Assembly: GCA_964035545.1 (NCBI GenBank)
Contig: OZ037766.1
Span: 22,246,767 to 22,310,766 of the forward strand
From: Bugula neritina
Taxonomy: Eukaryota; Animalia; Bryozoa
Direction of reading: 5' to 3'
DNA: 64,000 bases
Positions 31,200-46,100 of this stretch are shown in pieces. Below the pieces are notes generated by a model. The model saw only the letters and a program-made list of their open reading frames with translations, searched no databases and had not been told where the DNA came from. The first letter of the stretch is position 1; each line of letters opens with the position of its first letter. Position numbers and translations under genes: made by a program.

Positions 31200-34100
31200 A
31201 TGGCAGGAGAGGTGAACTTTACACCTGATGGTAGAAAGCAGCGAAAGCAAAGTAAAAGTGAGTGGGAGATTGTTGGAGGGTTGAAAGAAGGTGAGAAGTA
31301 TGAAGAAAGGCCAATGAAATTTGATGGTTTTCTCCATAAAAAGAGAAACCCTCCATTAAAAGGATGGCACAGGGTGAGTCTTCCACACGGTGTTCAGGGA
31401 GTTGTGTTGCAGCAAATTCAGATTCACCGGAAAGGGACGCAAATGTCTCTGAATAGACTGAGATTTGATGATAATCTATGGACTTGAGTACTTGTGTAAC
31501 TTGTACCAAGAAAATTGATCTATTTTAATTGTTTGCTATGGGGAATTTAGCACTAAATTGTCTGGCTAAAGGTTTATGTTAGGTTGCAAGATAAATTTGG
31601 CTCAAAATAAATTTATTGACAATACAGTTTTGAAAAAAAGCTTTAAAGTCATCACAGTGTAGCACTGAGTATGGCTATCTTCTCTCATGGAAAATATTGC
31701 CATTTCGATTCTGCTTTTTTAAATAAATACTAAAGTTTTAGATAACATGTTCTTGGTCTTAAGAAATCAATTGCTTAATTTATTGAACTATTAATTTGGA
31801 AGTATTGCTATTAGTAATTGATGAATATGTACAATTACTTAATTATTACATCACTGTATGCTAACTAATACTCATCAAAAGATAGGAGTTCTAAGTGTAT
31901 TGTAAATGTATGGAAATCATTCTATACATTAAATCAAACTGAACTCAACTTGGTAACCAAGTTTAAAATCTAACTAGCTGAATTAATAAATCAATTTCTA
32001 TAATTAAGTAAGAACAAATAAGTGTAGTAACCTTACCTTAATAGCTAATTATATCTGGTTGCTGAACACGAGCTATGTTATAATTGCAGAGGTACTTTGT
32101 GCTAGAAGAAGGAATTCTTATATATTCAAAGACGCCAAGTGATGTACGTAAAAATCTAATTATCCTTTTACTTTCTGCAGTAATACGCCATATACCTCAA
32201 TATAATGTGATTATATGTTTAATTATTGTATGACATTTATACTCATGAATAGGTGATTTGTCAAGTAGGAATTTCACCAAAAGCTGGCAAACGTAACTTG
32301 AGTTATCCTTAATTAGTTCTTTTCATTGCATAACATATCACAGTGTTTGTGGGACAACAGCTCTAAGAGGGATTTATGATTAATTGAGTTTTTAAAACAA
32401 CTGTTGGGCACTTTTGTGGTGATTGGCATGTATATTTGACTAGCTTATTTGATGTAAGTTTATTTCAGAATACTAAGATTACGCAATTAGTTTCTTTTTT
32501 AATATTGAAATTAGTTGAACATGAGACAAATGTTGGTACTTTAGGCTGATTCAGCCGACTACTCTTCAACTCATCTTCATGATTCACTTTTGTTTTGGTT
32601 TTTATTAAGATTAAATATAAATCTTTAAGACCTAGCCTGATATATTCACCAAATGATTTCAGAATCACGAATTGGTGTGAATCATTAGTTATTTTGATAT
32701 GGATAAGTACTTGTCCATTTATTTCTCAACTTCCTGTTTATTAATTTTTAATCCAGCATCAAAAAGGCCGACATCATGGCAAAATAGACGTTGGACTGTC
32801 CGTCTTGTCTTTCAACAGACGAAAGAAGAAAATAGACATAGATTCTGAAGACTTTGTCTGTCATATTAGGGTGAGTGTTTGGAAGCGTGGTCACTGCTGG
32901 AACTGCTTTAGATTCTAGATTCTTAGTATAATTATGTGAAAAAATGTGTGTTTGTATTATGATAGCAACTTAAAATTATGTCTTACTTGGGTTGTGCTAT
33001 ATATAATACTTTCACGTAAATCTTTGAAGATGAAGACCAATAGTGACTCAATTATAACTTAAAAAGTGTATTGCCTGATTCTAAAAAAATTACTTATAAG
33101 TATACATGGTAATCAAAATGAGTTTGCTTAGTACTAGGGTAATATGGCGTACTACATATTATGTTGTAGTTATCCAACTGAAAACATGTTGGTATGTTGT
33201 AACAATACAGTGCATATTTTCAGTGTTTCAGATTGGGAGTATCTAAAGTAAGTTTCAAGGCATAATTTCACTTTTCACTGCTCCTATAAAGTATATAAAA
33301 CTACACTTAGCTGACTGTTTGGTGGCTGGTACAGACTTTATTTTTTCATACTTCTTGTTCACTTAAATTTCTAAGAAAGAAGTCAATAATAATTACTTCC
33401 ACTAATAAATTCAGTCGTTATTTTTGTTTTTGTGTACCTGAAAAGAGATTGCACCGTATTCCGCCCTTTAAATATTTTAATAAAATATAACAAGCCACTG
33501 TAGTAGGTTAGGCCTACCCTGTCTTTTGGCTTTGGAATAAACGTGAAAAGATGCCACTTCCATACCAATTCAGACTGTAACTGTAATCAATATATTTTTG
33601 AGTTTGTGTACTGCTCTATGACCTAGGTTTTATATTACAGTCTAAAGTGTTATTGAAGTGGTATTCTATTTGTTTCTGGTTAACTGTTTCCAACAAGATG
33701 AGTGATAATCGACAAAATACTAAGTGCTCACTCTCAACTGAGAGGCAGTATAGATCCGGTGAAATTTGCCTGCACCATCCACGATTAGTGTAGTGATGGA
33801 GCATTGCCTAATCCCTCTCATACTCAGTAAATGTTATAAACTATCATTTTGGCCTGATTTCCTAAGCATGTGAATCCAATTTTTGTATTCTAGAAAATTC
33901 TAACAAGTTCACATGTTTTCACATTTTGTTGCTCAAATGTAAATGTAATAATTTAAAATTCTCCTTGCTGTTTGTTCTTAATTTGTTGGTGCAATTAGAA
34001 AATTTCTCACCCCACCTTGCTAGGCACATAAATTTTAACTTCACTGTTTTCAATGATAAGATGTAACCCAATCTATGCATATTATATATATGTTATGTAT

Positions 34101-37100
34101 ATAGTTTATAATACATAGTTCATAAGCTAATACATTGATTTGTACAGACCAAGAATAGCAAGTGGTTTGAAGAGTGGATCACTAATCTCAAAAATCATAG
34201 ACTCTACAGACACAATGAGCTGAGTTACGGGACACGTGAAGCGCCTCTCCTTACTCAAATTACTACTGAAGATGAGAAAGTTGTCAACGTTTCACAGTCT
34301 GTCCCAGGAGGTAAAATATAAATATAACCAACACTTGTTTCTACTTGAAAAGAGTTTTGCTAGTATCATATAAATACAATTATTTCATGGATAATTGTTT
34401 TTTTCAATCTCTATTTTTTCAAAAAAATAAATTCTTTCAAAGTTGCGCCACAATGAAAGTTTTTTAAAACCAAATACATTTACTAGTATATATTTTATAA
34501 AACAACATTTTAGAGGTGAGTTTCTGTTTGTTTGCTCTGCATCTTTAAGAAGGTTTGTTTTCTTGATGTATTACGTAATAATGTACATTGTATGTTATGT
34601 ATTCTACATAAATTTATTGCTGATGTAATGATATAAAAATAGTTTTAATTTGTAGTTAGAACTATCTCTTTACATAGTTGTTATTATATTATATGTGACA
34701 ATAATATTGCCCTATATATTAATAAGTAAATCATGTTGTATAATTTTATACAATTTCAGGCACACCATTTGTAAGCAGTGAAAACCTGAAGAGGAAACGT
34801 GAAGGATCTCTTCGTGGTGGCTCCCTGCCCAGTCAAAGTAAAGTCATTGCTTGGCTTATAGACAACAATGGAAATGAGCAATGTGATAAAGGTTACTCAT
34901 AGTTATACTTATATTCACTCTTTTGTTATCATATAATTTCAACTCTTATTGCATTTGTGCTTTTGCTGGCTTTTCAATTTGAGACTACACATAAATTCTT
35001 ATCAGCTTATTTATTGAGATTTTATACTGTAATTTAGATTTGTCTGCACTATTTTACTGTTGGATATCTAAATTACTCTACTTACTGTTAATGTCAAAAT
35101 GTTTCTGGGAAAGATAATTTTTGAGTTGAGCAAAGTTTTATTACAAAAAACTTATTTCAGGCTAGTCGTATTTTTTAGAATGCTATTAATAAATCAATTA
35201 TAATTTTATTGGACAAATATTTTGGCAAAAGAACTTGTAACCTGTTTTGGATATTGACCTATCAAGAGATGAAAATGCAAAGGGCCTTGGCTATTGGCAT
35301 GCAATAATTTTGATAAGAAACCTGGCTTAAACAAAGTGCAACAGTTTTAACATGTTATGTTGGCGATGTTTTAGATCTCAAAGCTGCTCAGGGTCAATTG
35401 TCAGATTTAGAGACTTTGATTGAGAAGTTGGAAACCCAACTACCTATGGCCTGTTACCACTCACACCCACATGTAAGTACTGTAGTCATAAGCAGAGGCT
35501 GGCAACTCAAGTCATGTGTAATCAAATGACTGATGAATAAGTGTTATTTTTAATCGTATGAAGCATCTTACTAATAACTGATTACTATTTTAGTCTTGGC
35601 TCATATACATACTATGCAATACCATAATTAGCTCAATGTTTTTTCATACACTAATTCTTGATGTATCGCTTCTAGGATTTGTCTCCCCAGTTGAGTTTTG
35701 AGGCTCCAAAAAGAGGCTCAATTAGCAAGATATTGTCATTCAAATCTTCTCATAAAAAGGAACGCAAATTGGCAGATACAGTAAGTTAGTTAGCTGGTCA
35801 ATATTTGTTAATCAAACCATTATTTAGGATTCTATCATATTCAAGTTAAAGTGGAGTGTGCAATATTATGATCTTTCATTGCTCATCAACTTTGCAAGAT
35901 ATAAATTAGTATGGTTATTTTATTGGTACGTATCTGCCCATAGCGAGTGGTATATGATCATACTTTTAGTGTCTTAGCAGTAGCTGATGTAACTTAGTTT
36001 ACAACACTATCATCTAGCAGCATAATGGTGAAGTAGATTTGTATGTTTTCCACAATAAATTGCTGCACTTTATTTATTAGCCCACCGATTCTCTTTCAGT
36101 GGTGAGTATTTTGCTATACTTTTATGCTAACACTTTGCATCCTGGCAATGAGCTAGATCTTAGGTGTCCCTGGCATTGGTCAAACCACTGCTCTTAAGGA
36201 ATATTTCTAAAACCTGTTTTTTAAAGCATTTTATTATTTACGTTTGAAAAGCTTCAGTTACTTGGTATTATTTTCTTAACCTCAGAGTGCAGAGTGAAGC
36301 ATGTGTTTGTTTGCTAAAACCAAAGAGCTTAATGTCATGGCAAGGCCTAGAGGTGACTTCGCTGCATACTACTACATCTAGGTTTTGAATTTTGTTTACT
36401 TGACTGTTTAGTTGTATCACTCACTCACTTACTTGTTCACTCTGACCAACTGACTAAGTTTGACTTGCAGTCATTTATGATGCATTTTTCAATATAAAAA
36501 GTGAGTCAGTCGTAAAATCACTAAATGAGTTACTGTCGAGTCATCTGACTGAACTGACCAACTAGTATTCATAGTTCATATGGTGTGGCTGTGTTACTGA
36601 ATCACTCAGTATCCAAGTTGCTTGCTTTAGGTCAGTAGTAAGAGCAGTGCTTCTAACCCGTCTCTTTCATCTAAGTTTGCAATCGGAGACCATGATCGTA
36701 GTGAGAGACCCTCTAGTATCTCCTCAAACTCTGACTCTGTTCAGGAACTTAAGCTATGCTCAGAGTTTATCAGCAAAAGCAGTCAGGGTGAGCTTCTATA
36801 ACTAAACAAACATTTTCTCTTTTAATCATTATAATTATGATCATTTAGCATAGTAATGATTAGTTAGCATGTAATTTGTTAGTTTTAAGAATTGAATTTC
36901 TTAGTTTGGTAATATGTAGAGCATATAATTGTAGTTTATTCCTTGCTAAAGAACTTATCCAGAAGAATCGGCACTGAGAGGGACAGGCTAAGACACGCCC
37001 TTCAAGATACATCTATTATTCAGGCTACGCAACCAGCAACTGAACTCTATGTTCAATCACTTAAACAGGTCAGTTTACTATTTAGCACATCCTATTGGAA

Positions 37101-40100
37101 CCATTCAAGTGAACTCATTTCTCATTGGATTATAAGAAACGCTCATACAAAGACATTAACAGTTTTGAATGTAGAATACTCTGCTTGCTCTAAAATAGTT
37201 GGTGAAGGTAAAGGAAAACCAGTTCTATGCTAAGGGCTCTCCAATATGTGGTGTGCACAACTCCATCTCGTATCGTCTGAAGAACACTAGAAATATGATG
37301 AAGTAAAAGTTGATAAACTTTTTATATGACTGTGCTGCTCTATGTTATGAATAGAGTATTTAAAAGTTATGATGAATCTGTTTACGTACATATAGTAGAC
37401 ACAATGCACATACAACTATTACTTGATAAGTTACACAATTTTTCTTTTCAATTATCGTTAAGCTGAGCAGCTTACTCGCCAAAATGTCTTTTTCATACAC
37501 CAATTCAATTTAACTCAATACACTGATGAGTATTAGATAGTATAGTGGAAAAGTTATTTATAGTGTTCATATAAGGTTAAAACAATCGTTGTGAGTTTTT
37601 GAAATAACTTTACGCTCAACAATTACTTTAGCTGTTTTTTATTTGTTGTAGAAGAAATAATGTGTATTTTTATTTAGATGCTACAAGAGAGTATAAAACA
37701 GAATGAAGAGCTCAAAGCTAGACTCACAAACTCTGAAGATATGTTGGGTGATTCTCTTGCTGAAAACTTTACTAAGATTACTCTTCCCCCATCACCTTCC
37801 TCTGAGAAGGTAAACTCTCACTCTACAATCAGTCATAGTTATACTCACACTCTTCTTAGTTATACTCATAATGACTGCAGTTATACTCACATTTGTCATA
37901 GTTATAGTCACACTCATTGTAGTTATACTCACCCTCATTAATTTTTGTACTCAATTTTGCTACAATTATACTCACACTCCTAATTGTATTTTCATATTCA
38001 ATACAATTATACTCATATTCATTATAGTTATACTCATATTCAATACAGTTATACACATATTCACTACAGTTATACTCTTATTCACTATAGTTATACTCAT
38101 ATTCACTATAGTTATACTCACTATTACTACAGTTATCTACTCAACATAATTTCACTTTGCAGAGAAACTCTTTAATTAAAAGTAAAGTAAACAGGTCTCA
38201 GTCACTGAGTAGTAAAGCCAGTGAGCTCTTTTTTGACGCTACTGATTACATGATAGAAGAAACTGTGGATGAAGAGGACAATGCATCAACTGTTGTGAGT
38301 GTTTCAGAGTTTCTTTATCAATTTAGATATATTATTTTTACTGCGTGTAAATTTAATGAAGGGTATTTTTCAGGCATATTATTTTACCATCTATTTAGAT
38401 CAGTGAACCAGAGATGCAATCATGTTGTTTATTTAGCAAAAAGCAGTGATTTTGTTGATTTCATTAATGAATTGTAATTTCAACTACAACACATTAAAAA
38501 ATATGTTCACTATTCTAAAATTTCATTGGCATAGGAATTAAGTAATAGCTGTTTTGTGCATAAAAATTATAACAAATTATAGAAAATCACATAAATATAT
38601 CAATCCTTATGTGTAAAAATTTGCATTATTGCAATAATGACATAGCTGTGCTTAGATAGATACTTTTATCAAAGTTGTTTTATGTATTCTGGCACCTATA
38701 CACTAAAATATAGCTTTATTGCACGTAACTAAAGTATTAGAAAATGAACAAAATGAGCCCCTGTGGAGAGATAGTCATAGTAAGCCTGGTACAATGGAGT
38801 TTTCTAGAAATTTATGTTGATAATGCAATCAGGCTAAATCATTCTTCAACATTATTAGCATTCAGCATGCATTTCAATCCAAATACTGTCCCATGATACA
38901 TGTATAAATCATTAAAACAAATTTTGCAATAATTCCGAGGTGGTGCATAAATAATTTTCTTTTAGGCTTGGAAATTGATTGTTGAAACGAATTTATTTTC
39001 TCATACCATTTATTGGGAGAAGATAACTCTTCTAGTTGAAATGTATGCTGTCTATTTCATCACAATATTATTAATATCACGGGTCTTGGAAAGTAGTCAT
39101 TTGTGAGCTCAAAAGTTCAACTAGTCGGTAACTTTGAGATGTAAATAATCATCTGGCAAGTTTAGCTTCTGATCACCTATTTTCACAAGTCATTTCACAT
39201 AAATTTAGCATTTTTAGGAAAATCAATTGTTGAAAAATAGGTGCTTTGCTTATAACCCATTTTCAAAACTAGACTTTTCCAGTTTCAAAACATTGGTACA
39301 GCATCATGATGAAATAGGTATTTTAAGATAAAAGTAGCATATGGTATGATTGATTTTTTGCCACAGTTGCTATATTTTTCTCGCACATTTTTAGATATGA
39401 TATAAATATTGTGTAAGTTTATACTTTGTAAGAATGTGTTTTGGCGATAATATGTTCACTTTTCTAATCACATCTAAATAAGTAACACAATGTTTTTAAT
39501 GACTTTTCGTCTTGCATAACTTCACAGTAAACAATACTTTCACTCTCAATTTTTAACAATGTGAAAAAAAACTTAATGTTTTCATTGTTGAATGTTCTGA
39601 TTGCATTTCTTAAATAATAATTTTTGATAGTTGGCAATATAATTTTCATCATTATTATATGATTCATTCAACACTGCACTCACTACTGGATTATATAATG
39701 CAGTTAACATTATATTGACAGAGTAGTTTGCCAATTAGATAAAATGTCATCACTGAGGTTGTATGTTTTTAGAGCTCTGATTCCTCTAGTAGCAGTTTCT
39801 CGGACCAGGACCTAGAGACGGGCCTGTCTGAAGAGATTAGTAAGTTGATTTTAACTATACCAATACTGTGTATATCTGATACTGTGTATATCTAATACTG
39901 TGTATATCTAATACTGTGTATATCTAATACTGTGTATATCTAATACTGTGTATATCTAATACTGTGTATATCTAATACTGTGTATATCTAATACTGTGTA
40001 TATCTAATACTGCGTATTTTCAATACAATAAAACAGAGCAGTCCCAATTTGCTTGTATTTTAAGTTTCATTAAAACTTGTAAAAATGGAAACATTTTTTT

Positions 40101-43100
40101 CTTTTGAGAAGCGGTGGAATAAGGAAGCAGTTTTAGTTCTCTTGTACTACAGTATTATAGTACACATATGTCTTATTATTGTATCCGGATGGGACGTGGG
40201 TGTGTTATAGCATCTTGTTTAAAATACTGGCAGTCGACTGACTTGAACATATGTTATTTGTCTGCAGTAACTGATGACAGAGATGTAAAAATATTCGAGA
40301 TTTGCAAAACGGGACGCCGCTCTACACTTCCTGCTCCTATGTCTTCCTCTGACACTGGGCTATTTTCCATATTAACTAAAAATATTGGCAAAGATTTAAC
40401 AAGGATATCTATGCCAGTCACACTGAATGAGCCACTGAATACGCTACAGGTCAGTTGGTCCACGACACTTGCCGATTATCTCTCTTGTCCTTGTTTTACA
40501 TGACAGTTTATAATGCTTTACATTAAGTAAGACCTTGTGAGCATCATGTCTTCACTTTGTATCTACCACGTGTTTAACATGCCCTTACCTTGGCAGATAC
40601 TGTGTGAGGAACTGGAATACAGTGATTTGTTAGATAAGGCCTCGTCGTTTAGTGACCCGTTTGAGAGGATGATTTATGTGGCAGCGTTTGCCGTCAGCTC
40701 CTATGCTTCAACCAATACCAGAGCTGCCACCAAGCCATTCAACCCCATATTAGGTGAAACCTATGAGTGTATTAGACTGGACAAGGGCTGGAAGTTTGTT
40801 GCTGAACAGGTGTGTGCTCTATCTTCAATAAAGGTCATCATTGACGGTTGATTATGGATTGGTTTACTGAAAGTGGTGTTGCCATTGGCTGGTTTACTGA
40901 AAGTGGTGTTGTCATTGGATGGTTAGCTGATACGTCTGCTGTCGCTGTAGGTCAGTCATCACCCACCAATATCTGCCTGTCACGCTGACTCTCAGAACTT
41001 TATATTCAAACAAGATTGTCGGGTGAAGACTAAGTTCTGGGGAAAGTCGATGGAGATACACCCTGTAGGCAGCGTTTCCGTAGAGCTGACTAGGTGAGTG
41101 CTCAAGCTATTTTGGGAAGGTAAATTTTGCTGAAAATTCATCCAGTCTGTAGAAGAAATAGAAATAGAACGTTTTTGCCTTTTTGCATTTAAGTATCAAG
41201 TTGAAATATTTCAACTCCATGGTTTTACAGGAAATTTCTATTTATTTATTTGAATCTAGGGTAGCAAGCAATCGCAGTGTAGCAAAATATTTGAATTTGT
41301 TTCTGATAAGATAATTGTAGCTAAAGCTTTCGCCGCAAGACAGTATTCACTGAAATTGTGTAGTGAGTAAGTATTGTAACAATCCAAACCAACTGTATTT
41401 CAACTCTTTGTAATATCCTGTGCGACTACCCTTTATACAAAGACATCTTTGTCAACACTTAGGCATAACGAGGAGTATAAGTGGAAGAAAGTGACAACTT
41501 GCGTACACAACGTACTTGGAGGACAGCGTTGGGTAGACCAGTATGGAGAAATGAATATTTCTTGTCAGGGGATTAAATGTAAACTCAACTTTGTTAAGGT
41601 ATGCAGCGCTGATTTGTAGTGAGTCATATGTTTATAAGTAGCTCTGGGTGTATTCGGCAAAGTTAAAAGTGTATTAAAATGTGTATAAGATAAAAAATGT
41701 ATTTTGATAAGACAGACACATTATTTTTAATTGTGTAATGAGATCTAGCAAGTGTAACTCATGCATGATCATGTACCAGTTGCATACTTTGAAGCAAACT
41801 TGTGTGTTTCAATCATGTTATTTGTATTGGTAGACTGGGCAAAACTGCTACCTTTGAGATATATGTTGGCTAAATTGCTGGCGTTGGGAGTTATGCCAAT
41901 ATTTTTATATTTAATTGTAGGTTTTTGTTTGCCAAGTAAACTCAATTGAAAAATGCTTTAGATATATTTATTTTATTTCTATTTGGCCTAATTGACTAAG
42001 CTGATTCCTGTTCTTGCCGAAATACAGGCTAGCTATTGGTCCAATAAGAAACACGAAGTACATGGCACTATAACTGGACCTGGAGACGAAGTCAAAATCT
42101 ATCTTTTTGGAAAGTGGACGGAGGCTCTGTATTGTACTTCTAAGACTGATCACCAGTCTAATAGGTGTATATGGAGAGCAGGTAATTGTGGAAATCTGAT
42201 TGATTAGTCCTGGATAAATGAACTTGTCAGATGCAGCATTAAATGCCATCTATAGTAAACTTTCCATCACTTGGTGCTGTAGTCTTGTGACACTACTACA
42301 CTGATATCTTACAGGAAATCTCCCAGAAGATCATGAGTTGTACTATGGCTTCACTCGCTTTGCCGTAGAACTCAATGAGCTGCAGCCAAACGAAGCAACT
42401 TATTTACCAAGAACTGATACACGCTTTAGACCAGACCAAAGGTACTGTAGTCTACCCTAATGGTGATAGTGACGATGCAATAGTATGCGTAGTTGTGGTA
42501 TCTATACTTCTAAATGTTAAGTGCTACTATTAGTAGCATTGTGATGTAATACTTAAACATATTTACAGATTTCTGGAGGAAGGAAAGATTGACGAAGCTG
42601 AAGCAGCCAAACAGCGAGTAGAGAAACTTCAAAGAGAGGCTAGGAAAGAGCGGGAAGCTAAAAACATTGAATATAAGCCTAGATGGTTCAAGTAAGCTGT
42701 TACATTATATGTCATTCTGCATTTATATGTCTATCTAAAACCATTGCCATCTAATTTGTCTTTATATTTTATTGCTTTTTATTGTAATTTTATTAAAATT
42801 TATTTCTATTATCAATATAATTATTATTTTATTTATTTAATGTAAACTATGCTGTCCATCTTAGCCTAGTGATTATAGACTGATGAAAACATATTAATCT
42901 TCTTATAGTTATTATCATGACGATTGCTGTTATTATTGTTACTAATAATGTCAGAATAATATATTGAAACATTATGTTAAAATGATAGGAAATTATGTTT
43001 ATGTAATTAACATTACAAATGTATTAAATAATTGTAGCAAAGTTGAGAAAGATAAAACTGAGACTTACCTATTTAATGAGGATTACTGGTCTTGTAAAAG

Positions 43101-43146
43101 GGAGCCAGGATTTGACGAAGTAGACAATATACCTAAACTTTGGTAG
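31200..43146 (+). CDS. OSBPL6: Oxysterol-binding protein-related protein, OSBPL3/6/7 subfamily (PH + FFAT + ORD), complete CDS
   Basis: Exons (+): 31200-31373, 32090-32143, 32757-32870, 34148-34310 (PH domain: [21 protein letters not shown]...[12 protein letters not shown]), 34760-34891, 35375-35472, 35676-35780, 36081-36101, 36631-36787, 36935-37068, 37678-37809, 38163-38294 (FFAT-like ELFFDATD), 39773-39839, 40268-40449, 40597-40809 ([12 protein letters not shown]), 40951-41093 (EQ|VSHHPP signature), 41463-41598, 42028-42181, 42315-42441, 42569-42691, 43038-43146 (PKLW*). Probably co-orthologous to OSBPL3/6/7. Confidence 0.94.
37830..38140. repeat. 21-bp minisatellite filling an OSBPL intron
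   Basis: Roughly 14 degenerate copies of agttatactcatattcactat. Confidence 0.9.
39862..40017. repeat. 16-bp minisatellite, 9 near-identical copies plus a partial one
   Basis: (aatactgtgtatatct)n. Confidence 0.95.
40856..40932. repeat. 30-bp tandem repeat, about 2.5 copies, intronic
   Basis: tggtttactgaaagtggtgttg(c/t)cattgg repeated. Confidence 0.8.
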
Positions 43147-46100
43147 AAATTTCTTCATTCGACTGTAAAAGTGACACTTGATACAGAGACTCTCACGTGT
43201 GATATGAGTATCGTCAGTTACATGGATTCTACTCGTGATAAAAAGTATTCCGTCAGTAATTAAATTGCCAAAGATAGTCGAATATTTTGCTATTTTCATC
43301 AAAGCTGTTTGGGGAATTTCTTTTATTAGCCAAGAAGTTGTGAGTGTGCTTGAAATTTAGGTATCATGTGTAAGTTAGGAAAATTGTGATATATTAGACT
43401 GCTAGGGTGCTATTGTGATTGGTGCAAAGTACGTTAGACTGCCATATAGATTAAATGAGTAATATATGGTATAGAGTAAATAAATCTATGATTTGTTGAC
43501 TTTGATTTTTATTTCGGTAGAGAGAATTAAGTTATTTATTTTACATACTAAATCAGTGATATGTTTTAACATTTTGTGGTTTGATTATCGTATAGCTAGT
43601 AATTTAAGTAATGTTGTTGATTAGCTCAAGCATTTCCTTTTGCAATGACCTCACTTAAACACATCTCTGCATTCTTAACGTATAACATAAATGCGTGTAT
43701 TTTCAGAATCTTTTAGTATAGAATATATTTTATATAACCAAGCTATCCTCTAGAGTTACTACATAGTTTTGCTATCTTTTTCTTAGCTGTCAAATTATCA
43801 GTTTTCAAGTAGATCATTTCTTTTGATGTTATTTTGTTGATTTCATCTTCTGAAGATGACAGCTGTTTAGCTTGTAACTTCACTATAAATCTGTTGTTTG
43901 GTGAAGAAAATGAAATGCTGGTTGTGTAGTTTTAACCCTAAAACATCAGCTTCACCATTGGTATGCCATCTTTTTTGTCACATAAACATGTAGTTAAAAG
44001 AATGTTGGTGAAAACCTTTGCTCGTGTTATTTTTTCTTTCTATGCAGTGTATACTTAATTAATTGATTTATTTTTGCGTAAAATAAACTTTCTAATTTAA
44101 AACCAATATTTTGAATCCACACTCTATAGAATCAATTGTTGATTAAGTTTCAGTTGTTTGAAAAAAAAATTAATTTAAAGCATGTTTTACTTCTAAATTA
44201 GGCACTTCTGCGGAGTCACTTTGAACATAACTGATTTTATTATGTGTCAGTTATATGTGTGGTGTCAACCAACCAACATTAGCAGCTAATGTGAATCTTG
44301 AATATTAAGTTTTGTAATATATTTTAATTCTTCCAGCAGTTTACCATGACTCCACTATGACTGCTAATTATATATTTTTATCTACTTTTGCTGTTACTAT
44401 TTCCTCTTGTAACCAATGGATACCTCTGGTTTATGTAAACACGTTTAATAATAAAACAGTGACAATAAAATATATTAAGTTAGTAGACTTATACCCTGTA
44501 AGTAGTGGTATAAATTAAGTGTGCAAACATTTTTAAGAGTTGAAACTGACCAACTACTTCACCTCGTAGTTGTAATTTACTTGACAGCAAAGTTGAGTAG
44601 ATACTTATCCATTATACAATCAGTCCCATAATAGTAGCTAACCAGTCCCACCACCTGCGCTGATAGGAAGTTAAATTTCAAGCTGGATATGCAACAGCTA
44701 TTGATTTGTTTATAGTTTACGGTATGGTGTTGGCCTGAACACATTTGAATGAACACAGCAGACTAATCAGATGGCTCATAGCAGAAACTATAAGTGGTTA
44801 ACAATATTATTTCCAGTAGTTGTTGCTTACAAGTATCAAAGCTAAAAGAGACAGCTGTCAATTTTCAGTTTGTCATCAATAAATTTAAGAACTTTGACTA
44901 ACTTCATACTTTTATGTCAGTTCGGTGTCAAGTAATATTGGCTAATTTGTCCTTTATGTTAACTTATTTCGACTGTCCATGAAGACTTAGAGAATTTAAT
45001 ACAAGCTGTTCTTTTTACTGTACTATCAGTGTAACTCTGCTATGTTTGTACTATTATGTTGAGAGTTATTGGAAGCCTCTTTTGAGTTTAAAAAATGAAA
45101 ATATTTGCATGCAGCATGCACTAAACCAAAGAAAACTGATATATGTATTTAAATGTAATGGATTGTGTGCATGTTGCATTAGTAATCATGCATCCTATCA
45201 GAAAAATTGTAAAATAGTATCGAGTTGATATTAAGTGTCTTTAAGAGTTGTGTAGATTAGAATAGCCAGTTGCAAATTGCCTTCCATTAAGTTTTGTAAC
45301 ATTAAAAAGTTATGAAAAATCTAATATGCAATAGAAATATACATAGTCAAGCATCATTTTTAAAGTTGAATCGGTCTTTACTTGCTTGGGTACTTTATTG
45401 TGTATCGGGAAAGTGTTACCTGCTTTATGGAAAACTAAGAAAGGTGTTTTGAGAGGCATTAATCAAAGGGGGATCTAAAAGTCTGTTGTTGAAAATGATT
45501 TACTAGGGTTAGTTATGCTACAGTAAAATAGTTGTATTGTAAACTTTTTAATCTCCGGGTAATTAAATTGTTTCTTTTTGAGTATTAGTTTATTATTTTT
45601 AATTTTCAGTTGCATTTAAGCATAAACCAGAGCTCAATCTTTCTTCTCTATAATATTTTGCTCAAAGGTTTCATTTATTTCTTTTAGATGATGTTTTTGT
45701 AAACTTGAAATGTAGTTGACAATTCTGTTGAAAAGGACTCGTATCCTCAATGAGTTGGTGCAAATAGGTGGACATGCATATTTCTAAATCCAATTTACAA
45801 GCCTTATACTTGCACAAGTCATTGTTTGAACAATGCTCTGCACTAATTACTACTGATGCTAATATTAATTATTTATTAGTTAGCCTTATAAATAGGTTTA
45901 TATCTTATCAACTATAGGATATAGTTTAGAGAGTTGCTTATTAATATCCTTTTCTAAAGGGAACTGTTAGTAAAATATCTCAAGATTGATAGAGCCAATT
46001 GCAATATTGGAGATCAATTGCTTTTCTTACTAATTTTAATTATAGGAAAATTGATACACACATTTGATACTTTCCATTAACGTCAGCTGTAGAATTCAGA

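Noticed and set aside
36625-40960. AG|GTCAGT at exon starts 36631 and 40951 as recursive-splicing sites
   Set aside because: GTC AGT encodes Val-Ser, which at 40951 is the conserved VSHHPP; the introns are short.
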